Shown here piece by piece: positions 26,341 through 38,634 of a stretch of DNA of 64,000 bases (position 1 is its first letter; every line of letters starts with the position of its first letter). The stretch is from Lytechinus pictus. Taxonomy: Eukaryota. Below the pieces are notes generated by a model that worked only from the letters and a program-made list of their open reading frames with translations, was not told where the DNA came from and made no database searches. The position numbers were made by a program, and so were the translations under genes. The DNA is taken from positions 12,402,001 through 12,466,000 of the forward strand of contig NC_087252.1 of NCBI RefSeq assembly GCF_037042905.1, read 5' to 3'.

Positions 26341-28985
26341 CATACAACAGATAATATTAGAAGACAGAAACAGAGACATGATCATGAACACAGACAGACA
26401 AACATGCATACTAGCAGAGAATGAGAAATTCAGAAGAATGTACATTTGTTTTCTTCCTTTCATGTATTTTACATCATAAAAGAGGTCTGATAGAAACTGG
26501 ATCCCAAGTTTCAACCAACATGCATTTCAATATTAAAAAAAAACAAGACCTCCCTGACAAGATGAGTTGAAAACAGGCTAAATTTCTGAAAAAGTTATCG
26601 AAAAGTAATCGAATTTCATCATAAAAAGACCTACATGTACAAAGGAAGAACAGTATTAATTTGCAAATTGATGATGTCACATGCCAACTTTTGTATGCAG
26701 CATTTTCTCCCTGGCATATTGATTGAATGGTCCATCAAACCAAGTTTTCCATTGACCCATTTTTCACTCCCTTCATCATGATTAATAGGCCTATTCAAAG
26801 CAGATACAGGGGCTTCAATCACTTCAGATAATCCATTTCCTGATTAGACAATAGGATTAAAGGTATCATGGGACAGCACCAATCCCATAAATGAAGACAG
26901 GAAGTAATTAAAGATTTTGACAGGATTAGTTTCTATGTGGGGGGGGGGGGGGGACTACATAGCCTACATTTAGATGTAGCAAATTTGAATTGCAGTCGTA
27001 AAATTTACTTCTACTATTAAAGTTGTATTGTAAAATTTAATTTTGGTACATGTATCACTGATTGTGATGAAAAAAGTTTTTATGAAGGGGAAGGGTGTCT
27101 CCCTTGTGTCAACTGTCAATAAACATGCCAATACATAGCATACATGTAGCAGGTTAATAAAAAGTTTAATATTGTAAAGTTTAATTCTGGTTGTTAAATT
27201 TACTTCTGGTTGTAAATACACGTAACTCTGATAGATCTAGTAAAGTTCAATTCTAGTTGTTAATTTAAATATTAGAGAAAAGCATTTCAAAGTGGGTGAG
27301 AAAGTCTGTTTGTCCATGATAGACAAAAGGACTTTTAAATGGGTAGGCCTACATGTATGTATAACTTTGATCTGGAAATATACAAAGTTGGATATATAAT
27401 ACAAAGTGGGGAATACATGTATACATGTACAAGTATGTAATTCATGGCAATTGAAACATATTATCAGACATACTGGTTGTTTGTATACAAAATATTATTA
27501 CACCATCTAGGATGAGACCAAAGACATGATGGACGAATTGGGTGTGAAGCAATCAGCTTTTTAATGCATACATTATTCGGCCTATATGTATACAGTGCAC
27601 AACGATTACAACATGAGCAAAGAGCTACATGAGCACAGAGTTTGCAGGAAAGCCAAGATTAGCTACAGTTTCCACTTCTATCATAAGTAGAATGCATGAT
27701 GACGATGGGTTACTATGCTCTTCACAGCGGGGCAACATCACTTTCAATTTCTCTGCTGATGGCTCGCAACTGCATGGGGAGCATGTTTCATGAGGCATCC
27801 AATCAGTGATTTTCACTGACAAATTTGCTCCTAGCCAATCAGATGCAAGAATTTCAGTAGCTTATAACAAACGGTCAGTGAAAATTGCTACATCTGTTTG
27901 ATGAGATGCCCCCTACAGAATAATTAAGAGGAAATTTAGTCTGAGCCAATCGGAGGCAAGAATTTCAGTAGCTTGTTACAAATAGTCAATGAAAATGATC
28001 ATTCTATATGCTCACTCTTGGTATGAATCACCAAGGAAAGCTGCTATTCAACTTCAATAGGATTTATATACAGTCTTGGTAGAAATTAGAAGGAAATCGA
28101 GGGTAAAATTGGATGGCGATGCCTGAAGGCTGATGTGTCGCCAAAGAATAAGAGACTGATTGAGGTTTGCCCAATAGAATAGAGTATACCCTTTTGAGCA
28201 TTTCAGGGACTAAATCGGCCCTAGCCCCCATGCCATTTTTCCCCTAAATCCCAAAAATAGATAATGAAACAAAAATAGAAATGGATATACTAGGAGAGAA
28301 TAAAATAATAGAGGGGAAAAAACAGGTGTAGAATAAAATAGAAGAGAATGACGTACGAACTCCGTTTAATAACGAAACTTTAGTAAATGTATATGTATGT
28401 AGGCTATTACATGGACCTCTGTACATTGAGCTCCCCTAAAATAAATCTACACAATACAGCTATTACGTAATGAACATAACTCAGGTGGCTAGAGTAGTGT
28501 AATTGATAAGATAATTAAAGTCAGATCTTAAAATCACATACAGTTTATGTGTTTTAATAGATAGTCTTATCTGATGAAATTCAAGCAAGGCTGGGAAAAA
28601 AAATTGAACTTTTATTGGGAAAAAAAAGAAGGGAGAGAAAATGAATTTGTGAAAACATGGCCTGGCAAACACAAGCACATGTAGCAGACTTAACCCGCTT
28701 GAGGAGAAGTGCCTGTATAAAATAAATAGGAAATAAAGAATTCAGTTGTCAACAGATTAGAGAGTTTAATGTGCATAGTGTGAATAATTGAACCAACATG
28801 ACTCACCAAAGATCTTTCAATATTTGGTTTGTTTGTACGTATGCCTTCCTATTATAATAGGCCCTTCTATGTTGTACACATGTAGGCCTACATTAATATA
28901 CAGATCTACTGTACATGTAGTATGTACATTACATGTACACTGCTGACTGCTCATGAAAATGGTATTCTTTCATCAACCAATATCT

Positions 28986-29258
28986 GGGGTCCATCTTACA
29001 AAGAGTTGTGATTGCTCCGATCAATCGCAACTATGGAAAGCCAGCAAAGTCAACATATGAAATGCATGTTTGTTAAAAAAAATTATAGATATGAATGTAT
29101 AGGCCTATCCAAAAAGTCATTGATTTCTTGACACTTTTGTGTGATTTCCTTTGTTTACAAATGACGTTTTGCAAATTTCCTGTAGAAAAAATTATGACAC
29201 AGATGGATTTCCATAGAGTGACGATTGATTGGATCAATCGTAACTCTTTGTGGGGCAC
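28986..29258. mobile_element. MITE (partial relative at 4644-4772)
   Basis: Inverted arms ACAAAGAGTTG...ATCAATCG / CGATTGAT...AACTCTTTGT. Confidence 0.7.
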
Positions 29259-31291
29259 TGAAATCTTGAAAGATTTGTCTAGATAGCCTCTTTATTTATA
29301 TATAAAACACATCCACAAGGGGCTTTTTTTTTGGGGGGGGGGTAGAGTTATTGAGAAAATTATGAGAAAGGATGCCACACATTGCCTTAATTTTAATGTC
29401 TCGTTCCCACTAGCTGTTGCGTAATCTGTTACGAATGCCACAATTTGCTTTTCGTAACTGATCATGAGACTTTTTGAACTATTCATTTTTTTTCTGCGAT
29501 CATCGAAATTGCCACTACTGATCTGATATGATCGCTACGATTATCACACGATTAGGATCACTGTATCAATCATGGGGCGAATCACGAAAGTGGAAACTAC
29601 ATGTAGGTATAACCAAGTTTTATAATGAATCAGATTGATACACTTTTAAAATGTTTTCAGGCTATTTTGAAATATGAGTTATGCCACAACAAAGGCTAGC
29701 ATGATCAAAGGACCTGTACATGTATCATCTTTCCAACAATTTTTTATTAAACCAAGAAGGTGAAATGCTAAGAAATGAACCTCGAAATGTTTTAGATTAA
29801 AAGAAAAAGGATTTATTCAATTCTATTAAAGCTCCAGGGAAAATAATACCAGAAAAGAGTGGGCTCAGTCTTGCTCATAAGTACTAGCTGTAAATACACA
29901 AACAAGGTGTTTTCTAATAATGGACTGTAAAACCCAAGGGGTTCAAAAGGCCAACTAGATGAAAATAAGACCATTAATCATGTCTATTTGTAAAACAGTT
30001 TAATGTTCCCATCCTTTGGAGGTGAGTAGGCCTACAAGTACATGTAGGTATTATCGGTTGCATCGTGATCTACATGTATTTAAAAGGCCAAGTACATACT
30101 GTATATGATCCAGTTTGTTGATTTGAATGAATAAAGGAAAGGCATTACCAAGAGAATTTGATCAAAGAAATGTATTGAAATCAACCATTAGTGATTTGCA
30201 AACATGGACTGTATGCATGTACATGAAGAGCCAATGATAGGCCTAAACAGTACTGAACCATGCTGCGCTTTTATTCTTTTTTTTATACATACAAGCTTTC
30301 TCATAATTTGCATGCCTGTACCCAAGGCAACATGTACTGTTTGTAGAATGTAGGCCTACAGCCCTACATGTATGAAGAAGTGTTTGATGATCAGCTTTAT
30401 AATATCGGACTTGTATCTTTCTTAAATATAAATTTTGCTTCTGGAAAAAAAAAATTAAATTAAATTGTAAAGTGTACAATAAAAAAATATTTTCTGGTCA
30501 TTATGTTAAAATTTGTCACAAAATAATATTTTGTTTTTTACAAAGTCTTGCTTGCTCACTTTTCTTTTCACATGATTTTATTTTCAGGAAATTTCCCCTG
30601 TACACAGTACACCATGCTTTTGCCCCCATCCCCCCCCCCAAAAAAAAAAAATCAAAATTTGCACTGAGATGATAGTATAGACAAAGGCAGAGAACCATGT
30701 AGAAGACAGGAAAGAATATTTTTTTATCTTTTTTTTTAATTATGAGAGAGAGAGACAGAGACAGACCGATATACAGGAGAGAGCGTGAGATGTTAAATAA
30801 TTATTACTTTTGAAGTTTTTTTATATATTGATCATTTGATCCAATTCACTTCACTTTACATCAAGATTTGTATTGCAAATCCCTTCTGAAACTCACTAGT
30901 TCATGATAGTACACAATGCACATCACATAAAATTATGCATCATCATAGCATGGACCCTAGTAGGGTCCATGATCATAGCAAGGGAAAAACCTCTTTCCTT
31001 CGGCCAGGGCAAATACCTCGCTCAAAAATCTGCAAATCTCAACAACTAAAGTGAAAGACTTTGCCTTTTGTTCTCTTTTATCAAAGTAGGTGAGAACTCA
31101 TTTACTTTGCTCTCCACAGCCAAGCCGCAGCAAAACAGTTTGAAGCTGTGTTTTCACAAGAGCGCCATTCACCGGCACCAGTCAACCAAATAAAGTTCTT
31201 AAAGGGTGCGTTTTCACATCTACAGTGTACCTGGGTGCGAAAAATACCTGTAAATCTAGCCTTGAAATTATAATTACATGTCTATTCCAAG

Positions 31292-31745
31292 CCTGTGGGG
31301 GGGGGGGGGGCAGTCAAATATATTGCTGTACACATGCGTGACCAAAAAAACGCTTTTAAAGGGGTGTTTTTCAGTTTTGGAGGCGGGCCGCGCGTGCACT
31401 TGTTTAAAGGGTATCAAAAACACAAATTTTCAAGGAAAAGGGTGGTTTTGAAAGACTGGTCAATGGTCAATCGCAGGGTCAAACGTATTTAAGGGTATTT
31501 TTTCCAAAGCTTTCTTTTTAAGACTAGCCAAAGTCTGCCAAACATGTTTAGAGTATGTTTTTTCCCCAAGCTTCGGGGTCATATTCTGGCGACTTGTTTA
31601 GGGGCCAAAATGTGTAAATAAAGCCCGGCGAAAAAACTTGTTTAGGGGGTTATTTTGCACACAGAGAAAAACTTGTTTTATTAGGGGGTGTTTGGAAATA
31701 ATTTGGTCACTCATGTGTACTGCAATACATTTGACTGCCCCCGGG
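31292..31745. mobile_element. MITE with CCCGGG-type termini and 8-bp TSD
   Basis: TIR GGGGCAGTCAAAT(A/G)TATTGC...GTACACATG; perfect ATTCCAAG duplication. Confidence 0.88.
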
Positions 31746-32818
31746 ATTCCAAGCTCATGCTCAGTCCCACCTGCCAAAAGCAATATTAAAGATATTCATA
31801 CTCATAGACAGGTGAGGGTTGCCTAAGAAATGATTTTATTTTTAAGGGGTGATTGTGTAATTTTGGGGGCTATTTCCTTCACTTATAGGGCTATTTTTGA
31901 GGGGCAACAAGCAAACATGCAGTAAAAGCAAATCATTCTGCCATAGTTAGAATAATGATCATCTTCTACAAAATATTGAATATTGTTTGTGACCGAGCTT
32001 CGGGCCACTAAAGAAACAATGCATTTTGGGGGAATTTTAGGGGCGATTTAAATAGGCAGTCATGAGGGCGAAATCGCTCGTCGACCTAACATATTTCCTA
32101 CAGTGTCTGTTGTATAGTACATGTGCATACATGTATCCATACATGGGTCATTCTTCTTCCGTTATTGCTTACAACCCATCGTGGAGTCCCTGTTGGGTTG
32201 TACAGCAATTTGCTTTCAGAATGGAAAAAACAAGTTTATATCCTTGCGAAGTTGCATATTTTGAGGGTTCAATCACTGCTGAAGTTGGTACTGTTGTTGA
32301 TAGTTTGAAAAGTTGGACTATAAATCTGCAGGTATTTTCTCTTCTCTGATACGTCGCATACTTTTATACTTCACACTATTAAACAAACTACTGTTACTTT
32401 TCTGATCTAACAAGTGTGAATGTGTCTATTCATTTCAATTGAGATATACATGTATATACAATGGATTCAGGGGAAAAGTGCAAATTATTTCTAATGAAGT
32501 ACTTGATGTGTACATAAGCTGAAATATACCCGTACACACAAATTGTGCACTGCAACTTGTGAAGAGTTTATTAGACAATTGTGAGGCTGGAGTAGATAAT
32601 TAACCAGTTAATAGGTGGCAAGGAAACAGGCCTTTTCATTACATTACACATGGGAATTGGAAAATCTTTCTTATACAATCTTCTCAACTAAAATTTGAAC
32701 AAAAAAGAAATTTACCTGATTTGGCTATAATAAAGTCTGGTGAACGGCTTTTTGTATTTTGTTGTTGCTGCTTGCATTTAATGCTTTCATGAAAATATTG
32801 TACATCCCTGCCTAATAT

Positions 32819-32989
32819 TAGTCTACTGGGCAAACCCTTCACTCGAGTAAAGGGTCTGAATTGCAGCCTACTCATGCCTTGTGTACTGAAGGCCCTCTCG
32901 CTCAGCAAGTTTTGTACACATGTGCTAGTCTTTGCATGGAGACACACTTGCTGATCAAAGTTTCAATCAGGGGCTGTGCCTGCAGACTA
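32819..32989. mobile_element. Academ(H)-like MITE
   Basis: TAG...CTA ends, GCCTAATAT/GCCTAAAAT flanks, and a reverse-complement relative at 14661-14827. Confidence 0.75.
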
Positions 32990-33110
32990 GCCTAAAATTG
33001 GTACAAAAGAGTGTACAGTATTCTACCATCAAGAACAGACATATTGTACGAAGCCTAAAATTTTATGAAAGCCAAAATCTTATTAAATTCTTATTTAAAG
33101 TCCCTATTAA

Positions 33111-33483
33111 AGATAAATACCAGTTTTGGTAACGATCTCAAAATAAGTTTGAACAGAATCTAATAAAATTACCACCAAAGTGTTTGTGCCAAGTGGCACT
33201 GGAAGAAAATGCATAATTGCTGAGAAATTTGCAAAATAAGCACCGAGTTCCATCAAATGGCGGGTATTTTTCCGAGCAATATTATTACACTGTCCCACAT
33301 ATATTTTCCTGTGTTAGTTATCAGAATTATCGGTTTTCAGCTAAAAATTTCATGATTCCACAAAGATAAAGTTTATTTCAATGTACCAGATTTAGATCTA
33401 CGATAATATTGTGGCAATTAAAGCTTGATTTTAAAGACTTTCTCATGAAATAATTGTTTGCTGCAAATACTGTCTTTTTACCT
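33111..33483. mobile_element. Kolobok-like non-autonomous element
   Basis: TTAA flanks; homologous to 3701-4095. Confidence 0.8.
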
Positions 33484-34924
33484 TTAAAGAAAGGCAAAAT
33501 CTCCAGAAGGAAGGCATATTCTAGATGGAAAAGAAAATAACTAATATGGAGGCAAAATATCAAGTGAAGCTGCTGAATTTTATTCATGTATTCTTCTCAC
33601 GCACAATGCTCCTATCCCAGGGGCTTTTGCGCTTTTCAATCTGGACTTATCGAAGGGACAGATTTTTTTCAAACTCTCCTTTGCTTTCCCCTCTCTATGT
33701 TTAGTGAGGAATGTTTTGATAAACTGGCAATGCTCGAAGCAGACTTTGGGAGAAAAGAATGGAGGGATAAAATTCAAATTCTATAATAACCTAGACTCTG
33801 AAGAAAATTTTGAGAATTTTCAAAGTGATTTACTCCAGTGGATAGATACATCATACATGTAGGTCATTCGCCCTTTCCATACAAGCGAATTGAAACTGTG
33901 TATAATGATAACATTTTTACTAGACACACATGTACTGTATGTTCCAGTCTTAGAATATTGTGTGCATGTGTTTAATGAAAAACTTTAGAACATGTACAGT
34001 GTATTTTAATAGAAAAAATCCAGTAAAATTATCTTAATTAATAGGTACATAAAGTTATTTAGATTTTGAAGATCATGCTTTTAAAAAGACCGTGTGGATA
34101 CACTAACAATTATGTTAATATGATTTTGAAGTATCTGTTAGCAAATTATACCCACATTTTTAACCAGTACACAAGAAACTGGTTACCGGAAAGGAGCATT
34201 GTTGGCATGACTTCATGCAATAAACAAAAGTATGCAATACAATTGCAGTACCTCCTATTTCATTGCAATACCATATGATTCATCAATCTCCTAAAATAAC
34301 TGCTGAAAGCATGTTTTCAATATAATTTCATACTGTATACTGGATTTATTTTTTATCATCATTATATTATTGTTTTATAAATGAATTGCTATACTTCTGT
34401 AAATGCATACATTTCAGCTTTTTAGCTTGCACAGTACATATGATTGCTTTATTACCTGAAATAAATAAACTACCAGCATTAATGAAAATGAAAATGAAAT
34501 AGAGTCATCCCAAGATCTGTCACATACAATATTCAAGACTAAATTAGAAAATCAATATAAAAGGCAGAATTTGCTGTAAAGAAAGCCTCCAAATTCTGCA
34601 ATCGCACCAACGTGAAAACAATAGGTCCCCTAAAAATATAAAAATGATTTCCTACTCTGCAGGTGTGAACATTAATAAGGGCCAGGGTCTACTGAAATAA
34701 GTTGGGGTACAGATTGTCACATGAAAACATGTTTTGGGGTTTTAAAACAGTCAACTGCAGTTTGCAGCAAAATTAGAGCATGTACAGGTATAGGTGTAGG
34801 CTATACAAAAATATTGTTTTCTTTATCAGGAAATGCATGTAGGTTGCATGTCATATCACATTGTATTAGAACCCATGCTCATCTAGAAGTTATAGGGTAT
34901 AGCGTATAATGGAAACACTCAGAC

Positions 34925-35870
34925 TTCAAGTTTTATGAACTACGGTACACAAATACACTTATGATGGTAATAGTATACAGATACCCCCAACATGGCCAAA
35001 CTTCATTGACCTTAAATAAACTTTGACCTTGGTCAAGTGGCCTGAAACTTGCACAGGATATTCAGTGATACTTGATTACTTGTACATGTACATAAACTGA
35101 CAAAGTTATGATGGTAATTCAACAAATACGCCCAACGTGGCCAAAGTTCATTGACCTTTGACCTTGGTCATGTGACCTGAAACTCGCACAGGATGTTCAG
35201 TGATACTTGATTACTCTTATGTCCAAATTTTAAGAACTACACAAATACACTTACAGTTATGATGGTAATTCTACAAATACCCCCAACTTGGTCAGAGTTC
35301 ATTGACCTTAAATGACAGTTGACCTTGATCATGTGACCTGAAACTCGCATAGGATGTTCAGTGATACTTGATTACTCTTATGTCTAAGTTTCACGAATCA
35401 AATCCATAAACTTTCAAAGTTATGCTGGTAATTCAACAGATACCCGCAACTTGGCCAAAGTTCATTGACCCTACATGACTTTTGACCTTGGTCATGTGAT
35501 TTGAAACTCGGGCAGGATGTTCAGTATTAAATACTTGATATCCTTATGGCCAAGTTTCATGAACAAGGTACATATATTTTCAAAGTTATGATGACATTTC
35601 AAAAACTTAACTTTAGGTTAAGATTTTGATGTTGATTCCCAAAACATCCTAGATGGTCTAAGTTCATTGACCCTAAATGACCCATGTGACCTATAACTCA
35701 TGCAGGATGTTCAGTATTGATTAACCTTATGTCCAAGTTTCATGAACTAGGTCCATATACTTTAAAAGTTATGCTGTCATTTCGAAAACTTAACCTTCGG
35801 TTAAGATTTGGTGTTGACGCCGCTGCCGTCGGAAAAGCGGCGCTTACAGTCTCACTCTGCTTCGCAGGCT
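34925..35870 (+). repeat. Tandem array of about six 145-185-bp units, probably the core of a Helentron-associated element
   Basis: Unit GTTATGATGGTAATTC...CAAAGTTCATTGACCTT...TGACCTTGGTCATGTGACCTGAAACTCGC...CAGGATGTTCAGT, ending in a GC-rich hairpin-like 3' module. Confidence 0.8.
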
Positions 35871-36085
35871 GCCCCAGCCTCCAAGTCATCTGATATTCCA
35901 AAAAACACCACTCTCTCACTCTCAAACCTAATCTCAGACATTTGACATGTCAAATCTTTCTGCAATTTTTCTGTGATTTTGTTAATCTCAGCCAATCAAA
36001 TTTGTTCTAGATGATATAATGGCTACTTTGCTGCACTTCTGCAACGCCAACATACCCACAAATTAATAGGCGCTAGGGTCTAGGC

Positions 36086-36528
36086 CCGGGGGGGCTGGGC
36101 ACTCACATTTATTGGTGGTACAAGGACGCGTCGCTTTGATGACCCCTTTCTTCAGTTCTCTAGATACTCCGAATGACAAAAGTTCTGTTCAGAAGCCGCC
36201 CCGCCCCGCAAAACCCCCATTACGAAACATCTCAGTTCCCTTGCCCTGCCCAAATTGTTCAGCGCGAGCTCCGCATGCAAGAGCTGCACGCACTGCTTCA
36301 CAACTCCCTCCGCTAGGAGCTCTATGCACAGCTAGCACCCGTATCTGTATGCACAGCGCTAGCGTGCAAGGTACCTACTGTATCGCGATCCCGTTCCGTA
36401 GACCGTTTTTCACACCACCCGGTATATATTTAGTTCCCAAGACCGCTTGTGGTCAGTTCCTTAGACCCCCATTTTAGGGTTTCGTGAGGCACACCCCCAT
36501 CAAAAAATAATTGAGTGCCCCCCCCTGG
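36086..36528. mobile_element. MITE with CCGGG(G)n termini
   Basis: GGGCACTCA...TGAGTGCCC inverted ends and a (G)TCTAGGC 7-8-bp duplication. Confidence 0.75.
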
Positions 36529-36694
36529 TCTAGGCCTACAGCTAAATGTATGAGAGAGCTGTTGCAATGTGTGCGGTGGCCTGTAATGTGATTGGACGAG
36601 ATGGGATTGGCAACTTGTTGCAATTGGAACTTGGTGCATTCACGTTGCATAGTGTGCGCTGCCACTGTAGGCCTACTTTTAATTTAGACTCTCA

Positions 36695-37001
36695 GGCCCA
36701 TATTCTGAAGTCGGGTTTAATCTAAACTCTGGTTTTAAGTTGTAGTTTAACTATGGAAAGCCAGTTGTTACATAAATCTCTATTAAAAGTAGAGGTTCAA
36801 TATATCAGCTCATTTGACTCCCAAAACATAATTAACTGCCTTGGAAGAACTATCGACAGTTGTCTTCACCATTAAAGAATTTAAAGAGCACAGTAAACAT
36901 GAGAAGCATTCACTGTGAAAATTCTGAAAGTTTGGCTTCCCATAATTTTAACACAAAGTTAGACCATGGTCTAAGTTAAACCCAACTTCAGAATACGGGC
37001 C
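36695..37001. mobile_element. MITE, Harbinger-like
   Basis: TIR GGCCC(A/G)TATTCTGAAGT(C/T)GGGTTTAA. Confidence 0.78.
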
Positions 37002-37147
37002 TCTGTCTCACTCTCAGACCCAGTCTCTTCAAAACAAACCATAAAAACTGTCAAAAATCAATAAGACAACTGATCATCATGTCTTCATGATTCATTTCAA
37101 AGTAAAAACTGCTCAAATTCCCTGAAAAGGATTAGTTAAAAACTTTA

Positions 37148-37648
37148 TGGCTAGTTCCCCAATCTGCGCAGTCCCCCTTCAATTGTCTGTGCACAAGCGT
37201 ATCTGCGCAATTCTGTTAGTAGTAGATCTAACGTTAGATCTAAAGATACGCAACTGACACAAACTTCATAAACTTTAATACACAGACAGATATTCATCAA
37301 AAAATCTTATTCAAAATGGTGGGAAAATATGAATTTTGGGCATTTCCTCTGACGGCCTCAAAATACAGCCTTTTAGTACTTAGTTTCTAATATCAAAATC
37401 CCTGAATCGCGTGAAAAAGTGAATGGTTCAATGGGTGCGCAGACATGATTGTCTGGGGCACTATTTTTTTGTTCAATCTGAAAATGACTGCCCAAGCTTT
37501 TTTCCAAGAAAATCATTTACTTCTTTCAAATTTTTTAATGAGATATTTGGCACACTAACTCATAATGATGTAAGGAACATTATCAACTAAAAAGAAATTC
37601 ATGTCAAACTGTTAAGTTAAATCTTAAATCAAGTCGTTCTGGTGAGCA
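37148..37648. mobile_element. MITE family W (TCTGCGCA motif), truncated copy
   Basis: Homologous to 38635-38890 plus 40325-40530. Confidence 0.7.
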
Positions 37649-37650
37649 TA

Positions 37651-37902
37651 GGATGGGGGGTCGGGTGTCCGGACACTTTATGATTATACTTTTGAACTGA
37701 AGCCTTCTTTTTTGTCTTTGGATTACACTAAAAATATGAATTCAATACTTCACTTGTAATCATCTTCTATTTTGTTCTTTATAATATTTCCTAACATTTT
37801 GTACTAAAAATTTATGAAACTTCGCTTGTAAATTTTTCCAAATGACTTTCTAAAATTGATCGTCCGGACACACAACCTGTCCGGACACACAACAACTGGG
37901 TA
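37651..37902. mobile_element. TA-flanked element family X, uninterrupted copy
   Basis: TA|GGATGGGGGGTCGGGTGTCCGGAC...GTCCGGACACACAACAACTGGGTA|TA. Confidence 0.8.
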
Positions 37903-37967
37903 TACATGTACTACGGTAGTAGAGTAAAAATATCTTTCATATTTTGTATCTTTAACTTTAAGTTTAA

Positions 37968-38567
37968 AGGTCAAGTCCACCTCAGAAAAATGTTGATTTG
38001 AATCAATAGAGAAAAATCAGATATGCTAAAAATTTCATCAAAATCTGATGTAAAATAAGAAAGTTATGACATTTCAAAGTTTCGCTTATTTTTAACAAAA
38101 TAGTTATATGAACGAGCCAGTTACATCCAAATTAGAGAGTCGATGATGTCACTCACTCACTATTTCTTTTGTTTTTTATTGTTTGAATAATACAATATTT
38201 CAATTTTTACAAATTTGATGATTAGGACCTCATTGCCTGAACCACAAAATGTTAAAATAATGGAATTCTGCGTGTTCAGGGAGGAATGAAACTTCATTTC
38301 ACATGACAATGACGAGAAAATCAAAATATTTCATATTTCATATAATAAAATACAAAAGAAATAGTGAGTGAGTGATGTCATCGGTTCCCTCATTTGCATA
38401 CCGACCGGGATGCGCATATAACTGTTTTGTGAAATGAAGCGAAACTTTAAAATGTCATAACTTTCTTATTTTACATCCGATTTTGATGAAATTTTCAGTG
38501 TTTTAAATGCTCGTTGAATTTTTCTCTTTTTATTCAAATCAAGTTTTTGTTGGGGTGGTCTTGTCCT
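37968..38567. mobile_element. Kolobok-like MITE (internally deleted relative at 47045-47219)
   Basis: TTAA|AGG...CCT|TTAA with long inverted arms. Confidence 0.85.
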
Positions 38568-38634
38568 TTAAGGAAGCTTATGTAGTATTACCGTAGTTCA
38601 AAGTGGACTTGGCCTGGGGACCTGTCTATTTATA

